In this document: piece by piece, positions 49,121-59,112 of the stretch | Position numbering within the stretch: the stretch's first letter is position 1 | How the letters are laid out: every line of letters starts with the position of its first letter | Assembly: GCA_017854795.1 (NCBI GenBank) | Contig: JAFMHB010000001.1 | Location: forward strand, 80,606-144,605 | Source of the DNA: Candidatus Nanopelagicales bacterium | GTDB lineage: Bacteria; Actinomycetota; Actinomycetes; S36-B12 | Length of the DNA stretch: 64,000 bases | Reading direction: 5' to 3' | Position numbers and translations under genes: made by a program | The notes under the pieces: generated by a model | What the model saw: only the letters and a program-made list of their open reading frames with translations | Told to the model about the DNA's origin: nothing | The model's database searches: none

Positions 49121-49614
49121 TCACAATCCGAGCGGCTCGAACAACTGATGTTCGGGAGATCAGAAATCTCATCGACTCGTATTCAACCGACGGGAGTTTG
49201 CTGTCAAAAGCCACCGTAACAATCTTTGAAGACATACAAGAATTTTTAGTCGCGACCGATGGTGAAAGAGTCATTGGATGTGGGGCCTTGCATGTGATGT
49301 GGGAGGACTTAGCTGAAGTCCGAACTCTGGCCGTTGTGCCAGACCGAGCGCATGAAGGTATTGGCTCCCAGCTGCTTGAGCATTTGTTGGAGCGGGCACG
49401 CGCACTCGGAACCAAGCGAGTGTTCTGTCTCACTTTTCGAAAGGATTTTTTTGGACATCACGGTTTCGTGGAAATCGATGACGCACCTATCGGGCACGAA
49501 GTTTATGAACAAATGTTGCAGTCGTATGACGAAGGCGTCGCAGAATTTCTTGGGCTTGAGCGAGTAAAGCCGAATACTCTCGGTAATTTCCGCATGCTAC
49601 GCGAGACGCTTTAG
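49117..49614 (+). CDS. GNAT-family N-acetyltransferase (short ArgA-like amino-acid acetyltransferase)
   Basis: 165 aa. Acetyl-CoA motif RTLAVVPDRAHEGIGSQLLEHL. ATGA overlap with lysS. Confidence 0.8.
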   Translation: MITIRAARTTDVREIRNLIDSYSTDGSLLSKATVTIFEDIQEFLVATDGERVIGCGALHVMWEDLAEVRTLAVVPDRAHEGIGSQLLEHLLERARALGTKRVFCLTFRKDFFGHHGFVEIDDAPIGHEVYEQMLQSYDEGVAEFLGLERVKPNTLGNFRMLRETL

Positions 49615-49763
49615 CCTCATAGATCGATCCTGGAGTCGGTCCTGGAAGGCCACCGAGGAGCCCATTTCAAAGGAGTCCTGAAAGGTCTTCCTCACGGATC
49701 CGGGGTGAAATCGACCATTCACCCGCCTTGGGCACCATGTCTAAGGCGGTATTTCTCTCGGAT

Positions 49764-49776
49764 TTCGCGTTGGGCG
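49764..49776 (+). promoter_or_regulatory. Candidate ClgR-type operator in the clpC leader
   Basis: TTCGC-GTTGG-GCG matches the (G)TTCGC-N5-GCG pattern reported for actinobacterial ClgR regulons. It lies about 110 nt upstream of the clpC start. Single site, motif recalled from memory. Confidence 0.25.
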
Positions 49777-49883
49777 TACGGGTTCCGGTGCATCTCGGGT
49801 TTCACTCACGTGATTCATAGGGGACAATAGAGAAGTCGGTTTGGGTGCCCACACCCGAAGGCACGCATGAAGGAGAGTGGCCA

Positions 49884-52376
49884 ATGTTCGAGCGGTTTAC
49901 AGACAGAGCCCGTCGCGTGGTTGTCCTTGCACAAGAGGAAGCCCGTATGCTCAACCACAATTACATTGGCACCGAACATATTTTGCTCGGCTTGATCCAT
50001 GAAGGTGAAGGCGTCGCCGCCAAAGCCCTGGAAAGCCTTGGAATTTCACTCGATGCTGTCCGCCAGCAAGTTGAGGAAATTATTGGCCAAGGACAGCAAG
50101 CACCTTCAGGACACATTCCTTTTACCCCACGGGCCAAGAAGGTGCTGGAACTTTCATTGCGCGAAGCACTTCAATTGGGCCATAACTACATTGGCACCGA
50201 GCACATTCTCCTTGGTCTCATTCGCGAAGGCGAGGGTGTAGCTGCCCAGGTGCTCGTTAAACTAGGTGCCGATTTAAACAAGGTTCGCCAGCAGGTCATT
50301 CAACTGCTGAGTGGTTACCAAGGTAAAGAACCTGCCACAGCCGGTGGGCCGGCCGAAGGAACACCTTCGACATCATTAGTTCTTGATCAATTCGGCCGCA
50401 ACCTGACCGCTGCTGCTCGCGAGAACAAACTCGATCCGGTAATTGGTCGCTCAAAAGAAATCGAGAGGGTCATGCAGGTTCTCTCGCGCCGCACCAAAAA
50501 TAATCCGGTGCTTATTGGTGAGCCAGGTGTTGGCAAGACCGCAATTGTCGAAGGCCTCGCCCAAGACATTGTGGCTGGTGAAGTCCCTGAAACACTCAAG
50601 GACAAGCAGGTGTACACCCTTGATCTGGGAGCACTCGTCGCGGGAAGTCGTTACCGTGGTGACTTCGAAGAACGACTGAAGAAAGTCCTCAAGGAGATTC
50701 GTACCCGTGGTGACATCATTTTGTTCATCGACGAAATCCACACCCTCGTCGGTGCAGGTGCCGCTGAAGGCGCAATTGATGCAGCCAGCATTCTCAAGCC
50801 GATGCTCGCACGTGGTGAACTCCAAACGATTGGTGCGACAACCCTTGACGAATACCGCAAGCACATTGAAAAAGATGCCGCACTTGAGCGTCGGTTCGCC
50901 CCGGTGCTCGTTGATGCACCCGATGTAGCCCACACGATTGAAATTTTGCGTGGACTCCGTGATCGATACGAATCCCATCACAGAGTCTCAATCACTGACG
51001 GTGCACTCGAGGCCGCTGCACGTCTCTCTGACCGTTACATCTCTGATCGTCAACTGCCCGACAAGGCGATTGACCTTATTGATGAAGCCGGGTCACGTCT
51101 GCGCATTCGTCGGATGACAACCCCACCGGACTTGCGCGAATTTGACGTCAAAATTGCCGATGTCCGCAAGGCCAAAGAGTCCTCTATTGACGAGCAGGAT
51201 TTCGAAAAAGCTGCGGCATTGCGCGATGATGAGAAGAACCTGCTGGCAGAGCGCGCCGAACGTGAGCGCGAATGGAAAGCCGGCGACCTTGACGTTGTTG
51301 CTGAGGTGGACGAGAAGTTGATCGGTGAGGTGCTCGCGCTCATGACGGGTATCCCTGTCTCCGACCTCTCTGAGGACGACATTGCCCGGTTACTCCGGAT
51401 GGAAGAGGAACTCCATCACCGCGTAATTGGTCAAGAACAAGCAATCAAGGCACTTTCGAAGTCCATTCGTCGCACTCGAGCAGGTCTCAAAGATCCCAAG
51501 CGTCCTAGTGGCTCCTTTATCTTTGCCGGACCTTCGGGCGTTGGTAAAACTGAGTTGTCCAAGACCTTGGCCGAGTTCCTTTTCGGTTCCGAAGATGCCC
51601 TGATTGCTTTGGACATGTCCGAATACAGTGAACGTCACACAGCCTCGCGGCTCTTTGGTTCACCCCCCGGATACGTCGGTTACGAAGAGGGTGGCCAGTT
51701 GACCGAGAAGGTTCGACGCAAGCCGTTCAGTGTCGTCCTCTTTGATGAGGTTGAAAAAGCCCACCCGGACATTTTCAACTCACTTCTTCAGGTCTTGGAA
51801 GAAGGACGGCTCACAGACTCACAGGGTCGGGTCGTTGACTTTAAGAACACCGTGATCATCATGACCACCAACCTTGGTAGTCGGGATGTGTCCAAGGGAC
51901 AGAACCTGGGATTTGCCCCCGACGACAACGAATTCAGTGCCTATGAGCAGATGAAAGCCAAGGTTCAACAGGAACTCAAGCAGCATTTCCGTCCTGAATT
52001 CCTGAATCGGATCGATGACGTAGTCGTATTCCACCAGTTGAGCAAGAATGAAATCGTGGAGATCGTTGACCTCATGATCGCCGGTCTGGAAAAGCGACTG
52101 CTCGATAAGGACATGGATATTGAGCTCACGACCGCTGCCAAGGATCTCTTGGCAGAGCGCGGATATGACTCAGCACTGGGTGCGCGGCCACTCCGTCGCA
52201 CGATTCAGCGTGATCTGGAAGATCCACTGAGTGAAAAAATGCTCTTTGGCGACCTGCTTCCCGGCAGCATCGTGGTGGTTGACGTCGAAGGTGAGGGCGA
52301 TTCGCGCGAATTCACATTTGTATCAACCCCGCGGGAAGTGCTGCCAGATTCACCTCCGGTTGAGGCCGCGGGATAA
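49884..52376 (+). CDS. clpC: ATP-dependent Clp protease ATP-binding subunit ClpC (ClpC1-like)
   Basis: ATG 49884 follows [21 protein letters not shown], duplicated Clp-N repeat, two AAA+ modules ([16 protein letters not shown]), UVR-like linker. Confidence 0.97.
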   Translation: MFERFTDRARRVVVLAQEEARMLNHNYIGTEHILLGLIHEGEGVAAKALESLGISLDAVRQQVEEIIGQGQQAPSGHIPFTPRAKKVLELSLREALQLGHNYIGTEHILLGLIREGEGVAAQVLVKLGADLNKVRQQVIQLLSGYQGKEPATAGGPAEGTPSTSLVLDQFGRNLTAAARENKLDPVIGRSKEIERVMQVLSRRTKNNPVLIGEPGVGKTAIVEGLAQDIVAGEVPETLKDKQVYTLDLGALVAGSRYRGDFEERLKKVLKEIRTRGDIILFIDEIHTLVGAGAAEGAIDAASILKPMLARGELQTIGATTLDEYRKHIEKDAALERRFAPVLVDAPDVAHTIEILRGLRDRYESHHRVSITDGALEAAARLSDRYISDRQLPDKAIDLIDEAGSRLRIRRMTTPPDLREFDVKIADVRKAKESSIDEQDFEKAAALRDDEKNLLAERAEREREWKAGDLDVVAEVDEKLIGEVLALMTGIPVSDLSEDDIARLLRMEEELHHRVIGQEQAIKALSKSIRRTRAGLKDPKRPSGSFIFAGPSGVGKTELSKTLAEFLFGSEDALIALDMSEYSERHTASRLFGSPPGYVGYEEGGQLTEKVRRKPFSVVLFDEVEKAHPDIFNSLLQVLEEGRLTDSQGRVVDFKNTVIIMTTNLGSRDVSKGQNLGFAPDDNEFSAYEQMKAKVQQELKQHFRPEFLNRIDDVVVFHQLSKNEIVEIVDLMIAGLEKRLLDKDMDIELTTAAKDLLAERGYDSALGARPLRRTIQRDLEDPLSEKMLFGDLLPGSIVVVDVEGEGDSREFTFVSTPREVLPDSPPVEAAG

Positions 52377-52413
52377 CTGAGTTACCCTCCAATATGAATT
52401 GCGGAGGCTGAGA

Positions 52414-52875
52414 ATGAGCGGCGGACCACTTAGCCCAGGCTTCAACGAGTTTGACCGGCCCAAGCGCGGCTTCCCGCGCTGGGCCGGTTTTCTCATTGCG
52501 GGAGTAATCAGTGTTGGTCTGCTATTACTTGTATGGGGATTTGCTGCAGGGAGTGGGCCATTCGCTTCGCTGGGTCAAGTCAGCGAAGAGTTACAGCCTG
52601 CAGGCTTTCGGCCAACGGTTGATACTGACGTGATCCAAGTGAGTGTCACACCTCCCCAATCCGGAATCTGCCCAGATCAAAGCCTTGATGCCACTGTCAT
52701 TGAGTCATTAAGTGACATTGGGATAGCTGTAACACTCACCGGTCCAAGGAGTAGTAGTTGTCAGGGAAGCGCTGAATCAGATTCAATCTGGATTGATGTG
52801 CTGTTGGAGAATCCCGTTGGTGATCGCGCCATAATTCGAATAAGTGATGGGCAGCAAATTCTACGAACTCGGTAA
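52414..52875 (+). CDS. Hypothetical membrane-anchored protein
   Basis: ATG 52414 follows GGAGG. One TM (WAGFLIAGVISVGLLLLVWGF) then about 100 aa of extracytoplasmic domain with two Cys. Its 3' end overlaps mutY by 15 nt. Confidence 0.5.
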   Translation: MSGGPLSPGFNEFDRPKRGFPRWAGFLIAGVISVGLLLLVWGFAAGSGPFASLGQVSEELQPAGFRPTVDTDVIQVSVTPPQSGICPDQSLDATVIESLSDIGIAVTLTGPRSSSCQGSAESDSIWIDVLLENPVGDRAIIRISDGQQILRTR

Positions 52876-53733
52876 CGCGTAGCGCCCTCGAGTTTTTTCA
52901 ATCATGCCCTCGTTGAGTAATTGAGTCAGTGCGGTCTCGCATCGCTGCTGGTCGGGTGATTGCTTCTTGAGTTGTTCCAAGGTTGCTGAATTTTGTTGCT
53001 CGCGCAGGATCTTTAAAATCCTCCCACGCTCTTGGCGGATACTTCCTTCGTAACGAGCCTGGATTTTTTTTGGAATATCGGAATTAGGTTTGCCTTGGGA
53101 AAACCAGTTGCAATTATTGACTATTGGACACTTTTCACACAAGGGATCACGCGCGGTGCAGATGGTCGCACCCAACTCCATGGAAGCCGCCGACCAAGCA
53201 GCAGCGTGTTGTTCACAGATCGGGAGGAGTTCTTGGGCGAGCGCACGTTCAATCACTGAGATAGTTGGTGCCTGGTGGGATTGGCCGAGCCACGCTCGTG
53301 CTAACAGCCTGCGAACATTTACATCAAGAACCAGTGACCGTTGGCCAAACGCAAACGCGAGAATCGCATTAGCGGTGTATTCACCAACTCCGGGCAATGA
53401 AACAAGTTCTTCAAAAGTTTGTGGAACCTCCCCGTTAAACTGTTGTGTAAGAATCACTGCGCTTTCGTGTAGGCGCTTGGCTCGTCGAGGGTAACCCAAA
53501 TTTTCCCAGTGCCGGATTGCCTCACCAACCGGGCTGTCGGCCAAATGCTTTGGCGTTGGCCAGCGCTTCATCCACTGCTCCCATCTCGGTTGAACACGCC
53601 TCACAGGTGTTTGTTGCAGCATGAATTCGCTGACCATTACGCCCCACGGAGTTGTATTTCGCCACGGGAGGACTCTGGCCTCGGTTGTGAACCAAGTGGA
53701 GATGGTCCGCGGATCGGGAGAAGGGATGCTCAC
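52861..53733 (-). CDS. mutY: A/G-specific adenine DNA glycosylase MutY
   Basis: Motifs VMVSEFMLQQT, HhH-GPD LPGVGEYTANAI, and the [4Fe-4S] loop CTARDPLCEKCPIVNNC. 290 aa. Confidence 0.9.
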   Translation of the reverse strand: MSIPSPDPRTISTWFTTEARVLPWRNTTPWGVMVSEFMLQQTPVRRVQPRWEQWMKRWPTPKHLADSPVGEAIRHWENLGYPRRAKRLHESAVILTQQFNGEVPQTFEELVSLPGVGEYTANAILAFAFGQRSLVLDVNVRRLLARAWLGQSHQAPTISVIERALAQELLPICEQHAAAWSAASMELGATICTARDPLCEKCPIVNNCNWFSQGKPNSDIPKKIQARYEGSIRQERGRILKILREQQNSATLEQLKKQSPDQQRCETALTQLLNEGMIEKTRGRYALPSS

Positions 53734-53779
53734 CCGGGGATAGTTTCATGCGGCACTGCGGCCGCATTACTGTGGAGTA

Positions 53780-54403
53780 GTGAGCATGCAACCGATTGGT
53801 CCTGAATCACCCAGTATTTATTGGGTTCGTAGGGCAGCACTTCTCGTAATTGTTCTGCTCATCCTTTTCGCCTTGGTGTGGGTTTTCCGAGCAGTCTTCG
53901 GCTCACCGAGTGGTGAGAATCCGGCGGCTGAACCTACGGTCGCCGTTTCGGAGTCCGTTATTCCTGATGGAGAGTTAACTCCGCTAACACCGGTCACGAC
54001 TGACCCGATTGATTGCACGGATTCGGCAATTTTTGTTGAAGCGACAACTGACTCCTCGACATACAAGGTGGGCAAAGAACCTGTTCTGTCCTTGCTAATT
54101 GAGAATATAGGCAGCGTTGCCTGCCTGCGTGATGTTGGACCGCAGGCAAATGAACTTGAAGTGAAGTCAGGCGGGTACCACGTTTGGTCAAGTGATGACT
54201 GTTCCTCAAATAATAAATCAAAGATTGTAACCCTTGAACCAGGTGACAAGGTGGCGTCAACCATCACGTGGAATGGTCAACTCAGTGAACCCGATTGTCC
54301 AGAAATAAACGCGGCTGCAAAAGTTGGCCGCTACGAGGTAATTGGACGCAACCTTGATGTCTTCAGTGAAGCAACACCGTTTGCCCTAACGAAAAAGAAC
54401 TAG
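53780..54403 (+). CDS. Membrane-anchored DUF4232-like protein (Rv3587c-like)
   Basis: N-terminal TM AALLVIVLLILFALVWVF. C-terminal Cys-containing beta-domain (CTDSAIFVEA...IENIGSVACLRDVGP). Confidence 0.55.
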   Translation: MSMQPIGPESPSIYWVRRAALLVIVLLILFALVWVFRAVFGSPSGENPAAEPTVAVSESVIPDGELTPLTPVTTDPIDCTDSAIFVEATTDSSTYKVGKEPVLSLLIENIGSVACLRDVGPQANELEVKSGGYHVWSSDDCSSNNKSKIVTLEPGDKVASTITWNGQLSEPDCPEINAAAKVGRYEVIGRNLDVFSEATPFALTKKN

Positions 54404-55791
54404 AAATCTGGGACGCCTTCTGGCTGCGAATTGGCGGTGAGTTTGGCCATCAGGATCACAGCTTGTCCAATATTGGAGACAGGATGAGCCTTTATTCCTT
54501 GGGTTTTTACACTCGAGCCCGCCGGAATAATTGCATCGGTGAACCCGAGGCGGGAGGCCTCGCCCAATCTGCGTTCAAGGCCTGTTACCCGGCGAATATC
54601 GCCAGCGAGTCCCAGTTCGCCGATTGCAACTAGTCCACTGGGAAGTGAGATGTCTTTGACACTGCTGACGATGGCAAGTGCGGTAGCAAGATCGGTTGCA
54701 GGTTCAAGTAATCGCATGCCACCGACAGTCGCGACAAAACAATCCGCTGTCGAGAGTTTGAGTCCGGCTCGACGTTCCAAGATTCCCAGCATCATGGCGG
54801 TGCGAGATGAGTCCAGTCCGCTGGTGACGCGGCGGGGTTGAGGTGAACTGGATGGGGCGATAAGTGCTTGGACCTCAGCGACCAGCGGTCGTTTTCCTTC
54901 GACGGTGATGGTGACGCAGGTTCCAGGAACAGGGTGAGTCCGGTCGCCGAGGAATAGTCCACTTGGGTCAGGAAGTCCGTGAATTCCGTCTTCGGTTAAC
55001 TCAAAGCAACCAATTTCGTCTGCTGGTCCGTATCGATTTTTAATTGCGCGAACCAGTCGAAGCGGACCATGACGGTCACCTTCAAACTGCAGCACCACAT
55101 CAACCAAGTGTTCGAGGGCGCGAGGACCGGCAACACTTCCATCCTTTGTTACGTGGCCAACCAATACCGTGGTCATATTTCTTGATTTAGCAGCCCTGAT
55201 GAGTGAAGCCGCCACCTCTTTTACTTGAGTAACCCCGCCACCGACACCGTCAATGTCGGCACTTGCAATCGTCTGGACGGAGTCAACGATGAGAAGTGAG
55301 GGATTAGTCTCTTCAATATGGCCTAGAGCAACCCCGAGGTCGGTTTCAGCCGCCAGAAAAAGTGAGTCACTCAGTGCGTCAATCCGCTCTGCCCGCAGCC
55401 GAACTTGAGCAGCTGACTCTTCGCCCGTTATGTAGAGGACTTTGTGACCGAGCCGCGCCCACTGGGCGGCAACGGCAAGTAGCAGAGTTGATTTTCCGAC
55501 CCCCGGCTCACCGGCGAGAAGCAGTACAGCACCTGGAACAAAGCCACCGCCAAGTGCGCGATCAAATTCACCGATCCCGGTACTTTGGGATTGGGCAGAA
55601 CTAATGTCAATGGCGCTAATTGCGAGTGCAGGGGAGGTTGTAGCCCTTGCTTTTGTGGTCGCGGTGACGACCCCTAGCTCCTCGACGCTACCCCAGGATT
55701 GGCACTCGCCACAGCGACCAGCCCACTTCCCTGTGGCCCACCCGCACTCGGTGCAGCGGAACTGGGGTGTTTTTGTCGTGCTTTTTGCCAT
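54400..55791 (-). CDS. radA: DNA repair protein RadA (Sms)
   Basis: Zinc ribbon CTECGWATGKWAGRCGEC, Walker A GEPGVGKST, KNRYG motif, Lon-like C-domain. 463 aa. Confidence 0.96.
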   Translation of the reverse strand: MAKSTTKTPQFRCTECGWATGKWAGRCGECQSWGSVEELGVVTATTKARATTSPALAISAIDISSAQSQSTGIGEFDRALGGGFVPGAVLLLAGEPGVGKSTLLLAVAAQWARLGHKVLYITGEESAAQVRLRAERIDALSDSLFLAAETDLGVALGHIEETNPSLLIVDSVQTIASADIDGVGGGVTQVKEVAASLIRAAKSRNMTTVLVGHVTKDGSVAGPRALEHLVDVVLQFEGDRHGPLRLVRAIKNRYGPADEIGCFELTEDGIHGLPDPSGLFLGDRTHPVPGTCVTITVEGKRPLVAEVQALIAPSSSPQPRRVTSGLDSSRTAMMLGILERRAGLKLSTADCFVATVGGMRLLEPATDLATALAIVSSVKDISLPSGLVAIGELGLAGDIRRVTGLERRLGEASRLGFTDAIIPAGSSVKTQGIKAHPVSNIGQAVILMAKLTANSQPEGVPDF

Positions 55792-55806
55792 GTTGATTCC
55801 TGAGCG

Positions 55807-56598
55807 TTAGTCCTGCGGGTCAGCAGGATGAATGGAAAGCCCAATTCTGGCAGTTACGTCTGACTTTTTACTCCTCTGATTAAAAGCTGTGAGGACCTCG
55901 TCGCGATCACGGCACAATCGGGCAAGCTCTTCGTACGCTGGAGCCCCGATCAGGGCCACGATTTCGTCCTTTGAGTTGATGTACACGGGTTCGCTGGCCG
56001 TGTGGGCCTCAGTATTCCCCGTGCAGTACCACTCAAAATCGGAGCCACCGGCTCCCCACCCTCTGCGGTCGTATTCACCTAACACGACGACCATACGCTC
56101 ACGGCCATCTTCGTAGGTCACGTTGTCATAGGAGCGACGTAATGGGAGTTGCCAGCAAACGTCGGGCTTCGTTTCGATGAACGAGACGCCCTCTTTCTCA
56201 GCTAGGTGGTGCAGTGCACATCCGTATCCACCAGCAAAATCCTCGGAATTGTGAAAAATGCAGGCGCCGTTGACCACTCGAGTTTTATTGGCGCCGTCTT
56301 CTTTTTCGCTCCACCCCTTTTTCCCATGTCCAGTTTCGAAATTTTCCCACAGCTCGGGGGTCAGTTTCTTTACCCATTTGCCGACCCGTTTTTCATCTTT
56401 CTTTTCAGAAAAATGAGCACCGTGGACGCAGCAACCAGCGTCGGGACGCTCCGCGTCAATTCCTTTGCAGCCTCTCCCAAATATGCAGTTGTACTTGGAC
56501 ATGAGCCAGGTTAGATCGCATCGGATCAACTGGTCGTCGTCGGCTGGGTCAACAAACTCGACCCAGGCTCGGGGGAAATCAAGGGGGACTTCAGGCAT
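55807..56598 (-). CDS. Conserved Cys-rich hypothetical protein (putative metal/Fe-S binding)
   Basis: 263 aa with clustered Cys: YNCIFGRGCKGI...AGCCVHGA, GACIFHN...GYGCALHH, PDVCWQLP. It resembles CxxCxxCC-type Zn/Fe-chelating domains. 15 nt upstream of radA. Confidence 0.6.
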   Translation of the reverse strand: MPEVPLDFPRAWVEFVDPADDDQLIRCDLTWLMSKYNCIFGRGCKGIDAERPDAGCCVHGAHFSEKKDEKRVGKWVKKLTPELWENFETGHGKKGWSEKEDGANKTRVVNGACIFHNSEDFAGGYGCALHHLAEKEGVSFIETKPDVCWQLPLRRSYDNVTYEDGRERMVVVLGEYDRRGWGAGGSDFEWYCTGNTEAHTASEPVYINSKDEIVALIGAPAYEELARLCRDRDEVLTAFNQRSKKSDVTARIGLSIHPADPQD

Positions 56599-56685
56599 TA
56601 CTCAAGCCTAGGTCAGCAACGCGTCTGCTGAGCCACTGGCACCATTGAGTAAGTGCAGGAGCCCGCATTCGGGTAACGTGGTGTC

Positions 56686-59112
56686 ATGAGTCTTGGGCAC
56701 CCGGACAGTGCCAACAGTGCCAACAGTGCCAACAGTGCCAACAGTGCCAACAGTGCCAACGGCGCCAACAGTGCTAAGACTGCCGAAAGTGCGCACAGCA
56801 TTGGATTGACTCAAGCAGAAGTTGATCAGCGCATTGCCGCTGGTGAAACAAATGATGCACCGGATGCGAACTCCCGGAGCCTTGCGAGCATTGTCAAAGA
56901 AAATACGTTGACTTGGTTCAACTTCCTCATTGGGTCAATGTGGATCGTAATGCTGATTGTGGCGCCTTGGCAGGATTCGCTTTTTGGTCTAGTGATTGTG
57001 GCTAATACGTTAATTGGCACCATTCAGGAGTACCGAGCTTCACGAACACTTGAGAAACTCGCGGTAATCGGTGAAGCGAAACCTGTTGTGCGCCGTGATG
57101 GCTCCGATCAAGAAATTAGCGCAGCGCAGATAGTTCTAGGCGATCTCATCGTGTTGCGAACAGGTGATCAACTCGTTGTGGACGGTGAAATAGAACAATC
57201 ACAAGGATTGGAAATTGATGAAAGCCTCTTGACAGGCGAAGCCGATCCGGTTGACAAGCATGTTGGGGACTCGGCCATGAGTGGTTCATTTGTAGTGGCA
57301 GGCAGTGGCTACATGCGAGCAACCAAAGTTGGTCGTGACTCGTTTGCGGCTGGCCTAACTGAAGCAGCCAAGCAGTTTCAAATCACAAATTCGGAACTAC
57401 GTGATGCAATCAACAAATTCATTAGATACGTTTCTTACTTCCTGCTGCCCGTAGGTATAGCTCTGCTTTTGTCTCAATTATTCCGAGCAAAATTGCCACT
57501 TGATGAATCAATTAGGGGAACGATCGCCGGAGTAGTCACCATGGTGCCCGAAGGTCTAGTTCTTCTGACTTCTATTGCAATGGCTGTCGCGGTAATTGAT
57601 CTCGCCCGAAAGCGAGTGTTGGTACAAGACTTGCCCGCTGTGGAAGTGTTGGCTCGCGTTGACACGGTATGCGCCGACAAGACCGGAACCCTCACTGAAC
57701 CGGGAATGCAGGTGCAGGAAACAATTCCGCTCGGTGATGTGGGCTTGGCTGATATTGAGGCTGCCCTCGGGGCAGTAGCTGCCTCGCAGCCAAATGCGAA
57801 TCCCACACTTATTGCCATTGAGTCCAGTTACCCGAATCCCGGTTGGCAAATCACGGAATCGGTGCCGTTTTCCAGTGCGCGCAAATGGTCAAGTGCGGCC
57901 TTTGTAGATCGAGGTACATGGATACTCGGCGCCCCAGAGATGATTGACCCCAGCAACTCCTCGATGCTGGTTCATGCAAATAAAAGTGCGGCGTCGGGTG
58001 CTCGAGTGCTGGTTCTGGCTAAGAGCGCTGCGAGTGTTTCATCCGATGAAAACCTTGGAGTGGTTGACTCCGTGGCACTAGTAGTGATCAGCCAGACGCT
58101 CCGAAGTGATGCAGCGGAGACGGTCACATACTTCCTCAGTCAAGGGGTCAACGTGAAGGTGATCTCGGGTGACAATGCTGAAACAGTCGGTGCAATTGCC
58201 AGCCAAGCGGGGGTCCCTGGTGCAGACCACCCCTATGACGCTCGTAACCTGCCTGACAATACCGATGAAATCGCTGACGTGCTTTCTACCACAAATGTAT
58301 TTGGGCGCGTGACTCCAGCGCAAAAGCAAGCGATGGTCGACGCATTGCATTTACAAGGAAAAACCGTTGCCATGACAGGCGATGGAGTGAACGACGTTCT
58401 GGCGCTGAAGAACTCCGATCTTGGAATTGCCATGGGCTCTGGTTCGGGGGCAACGCGCGCGGTCGCACAATTAGTTTTGCTTGATGACCAGTGGTCGGTG
58501 ATGCCAAGTGTTGTGGCGCAGGGGCGAAAGGTTTTAGGCAATATCGAACGTGTTGCCGACGTCTTTTTGACTAAGAGTTTCTATGCAATGATCGTGAGCA
58601 GCGCAACGGTCATCTTCGCTGTAGCGTTCCCATTTTTACCCCGGCATTTAACCTTGGTGAGTGCATTGACAATCGGTATTCCTGGATTCTTCCTTGCATT
58701 GATGCCGAACACGGAGAGGTTCCGACCAGGCTTCTTCCGACGGGTACTCCTTTTCGCTGTTCCCGCTGGCGTGATCGCTGCGGTTGCTGCGTTTACCAGC
58801 TATGGAGTTGCACTCTATTTTGATGAGCCGATATTTAATGCGCAGTCGGGGGCGACGATCACGCTGTTCATTGTGACCATTGCAGTGCTGGCTCAATCGG
58901 CGAGGCCGTTAATTGCAGTTAGGCTGCTGTTGGTAGCCGCGATGATCGCGGCTTTCGTCGCGGTGCTCTACATCCCATTTCTATCAAACTTCTTTCTATT
59001 GTCATTGGGCCCCGAGCGCTACAGCATTATTTCGATTGTCGTTGGCCTCGTGGGGGCATTAGCGGTTGGAATCGCCACAAAGATCACTGACCAGTGGAGG
59101 CGTGGACCATGA
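56686..59112 (+). CDS. Cation-translocating P-type ATPase (P2-like, CtpE/CtpF-type)
   Basis: Motifs TGEADPV, CADKTGTLT, MTGDGVNDVLALK, about 10 TM. 808 aa. The N-terminus carries a (Ser-Ala-Asn)n tract. Confidence 0.9.
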   Translation: MSLGHPDSANSANSANSANSANSANGANSAKTAESAHSIGLTQAEVDQRIAAGETNDAPDANSRSLASIVKENTLTWFNFLIGSMWIVMLIVAPWQDSLFGLVIVANTLIGTIQEYRASRTLEKLAVIGEAKPVVRRDGSDQEISAAQIVLGDLIVLRTGDQLVVDGEIEQSQGLEIDESLLTGEADPVDKHVGDSAMSGSFVVAGSGYMRATKVGRDSFAAGLTEAAKQFQITNSELRDAINKFIRYVSYFLLPVGIALLLSQLFRAKLPLDESIRGTIAGVVTMVPEGLVLLTSIAMAVAVIDLARKRVLVQDLPAVEVLARVDTVCADKTGTLTEPGMQVQETIPLGDVGLADIEAALGAVAASQPNANPTLIAIESSYPNPGWQITESVPFSSARKWSSAAFVDRGTWILGAPEMIDPSNSSMLVHANKSAASGARVLVLAKSAASVSSDENLGVVDSVALVVISQTLRSDAAETVTYFLSQGVNVKVISGDNAETVGAIASQAGVPGADHPYDARNLPDNTDEIADVLSTTNVFGRVTPAQKQAMVDALHLQGKTVAMTGDGVNDVLALKNSDLGIAMGSGSGATRAVAQLVLLDDQWSVMPSVVAQGRKVLGNIERVADVFLTKSFYAMIVSSATVIFAVAFPFLPRHLTLVSALTIGIPGFFLALMPNTERFRPGFFRRVLLFAVPAGVIAAVAAFTSYGVALYFDEPIFNAQSGATITLFIVTIAVLAQSARPLIAVRLLLVAAMIAAFVAVLYIPFLSNFFLLSLGPERYSIISIVVGLVGALAVGIATKITDQWRRGP
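56707..56778. repeat. 9-bp tandem repeat (AGTGCCAAC)x6 perfect plus 2 degenerate units
   Basis: Six perfect units at 56707-56760, then GGCGCCAAC and AGTGCTAAG. Encodes (SAN)6-GAN-SAK near the 5' end of the ATPase ORF. Confidence 0.95.

Noticed and set aside
56707-56778. Possible CRISPR-like or regulatory repeat array.
   Set aside because: The units are contiguous 9-mers with no spacers, and no cas genes are present. It is a simple in-frame microsatellite.
56608-56814. Minus-strand ORFs encoding (VGT)n or (LAL)n across the 9-bp repeat.
   Set aside because: These are artefacts of the tandem repeat read on the opposite strand. They overlap the P-type ATPase 5' end and have no start context.
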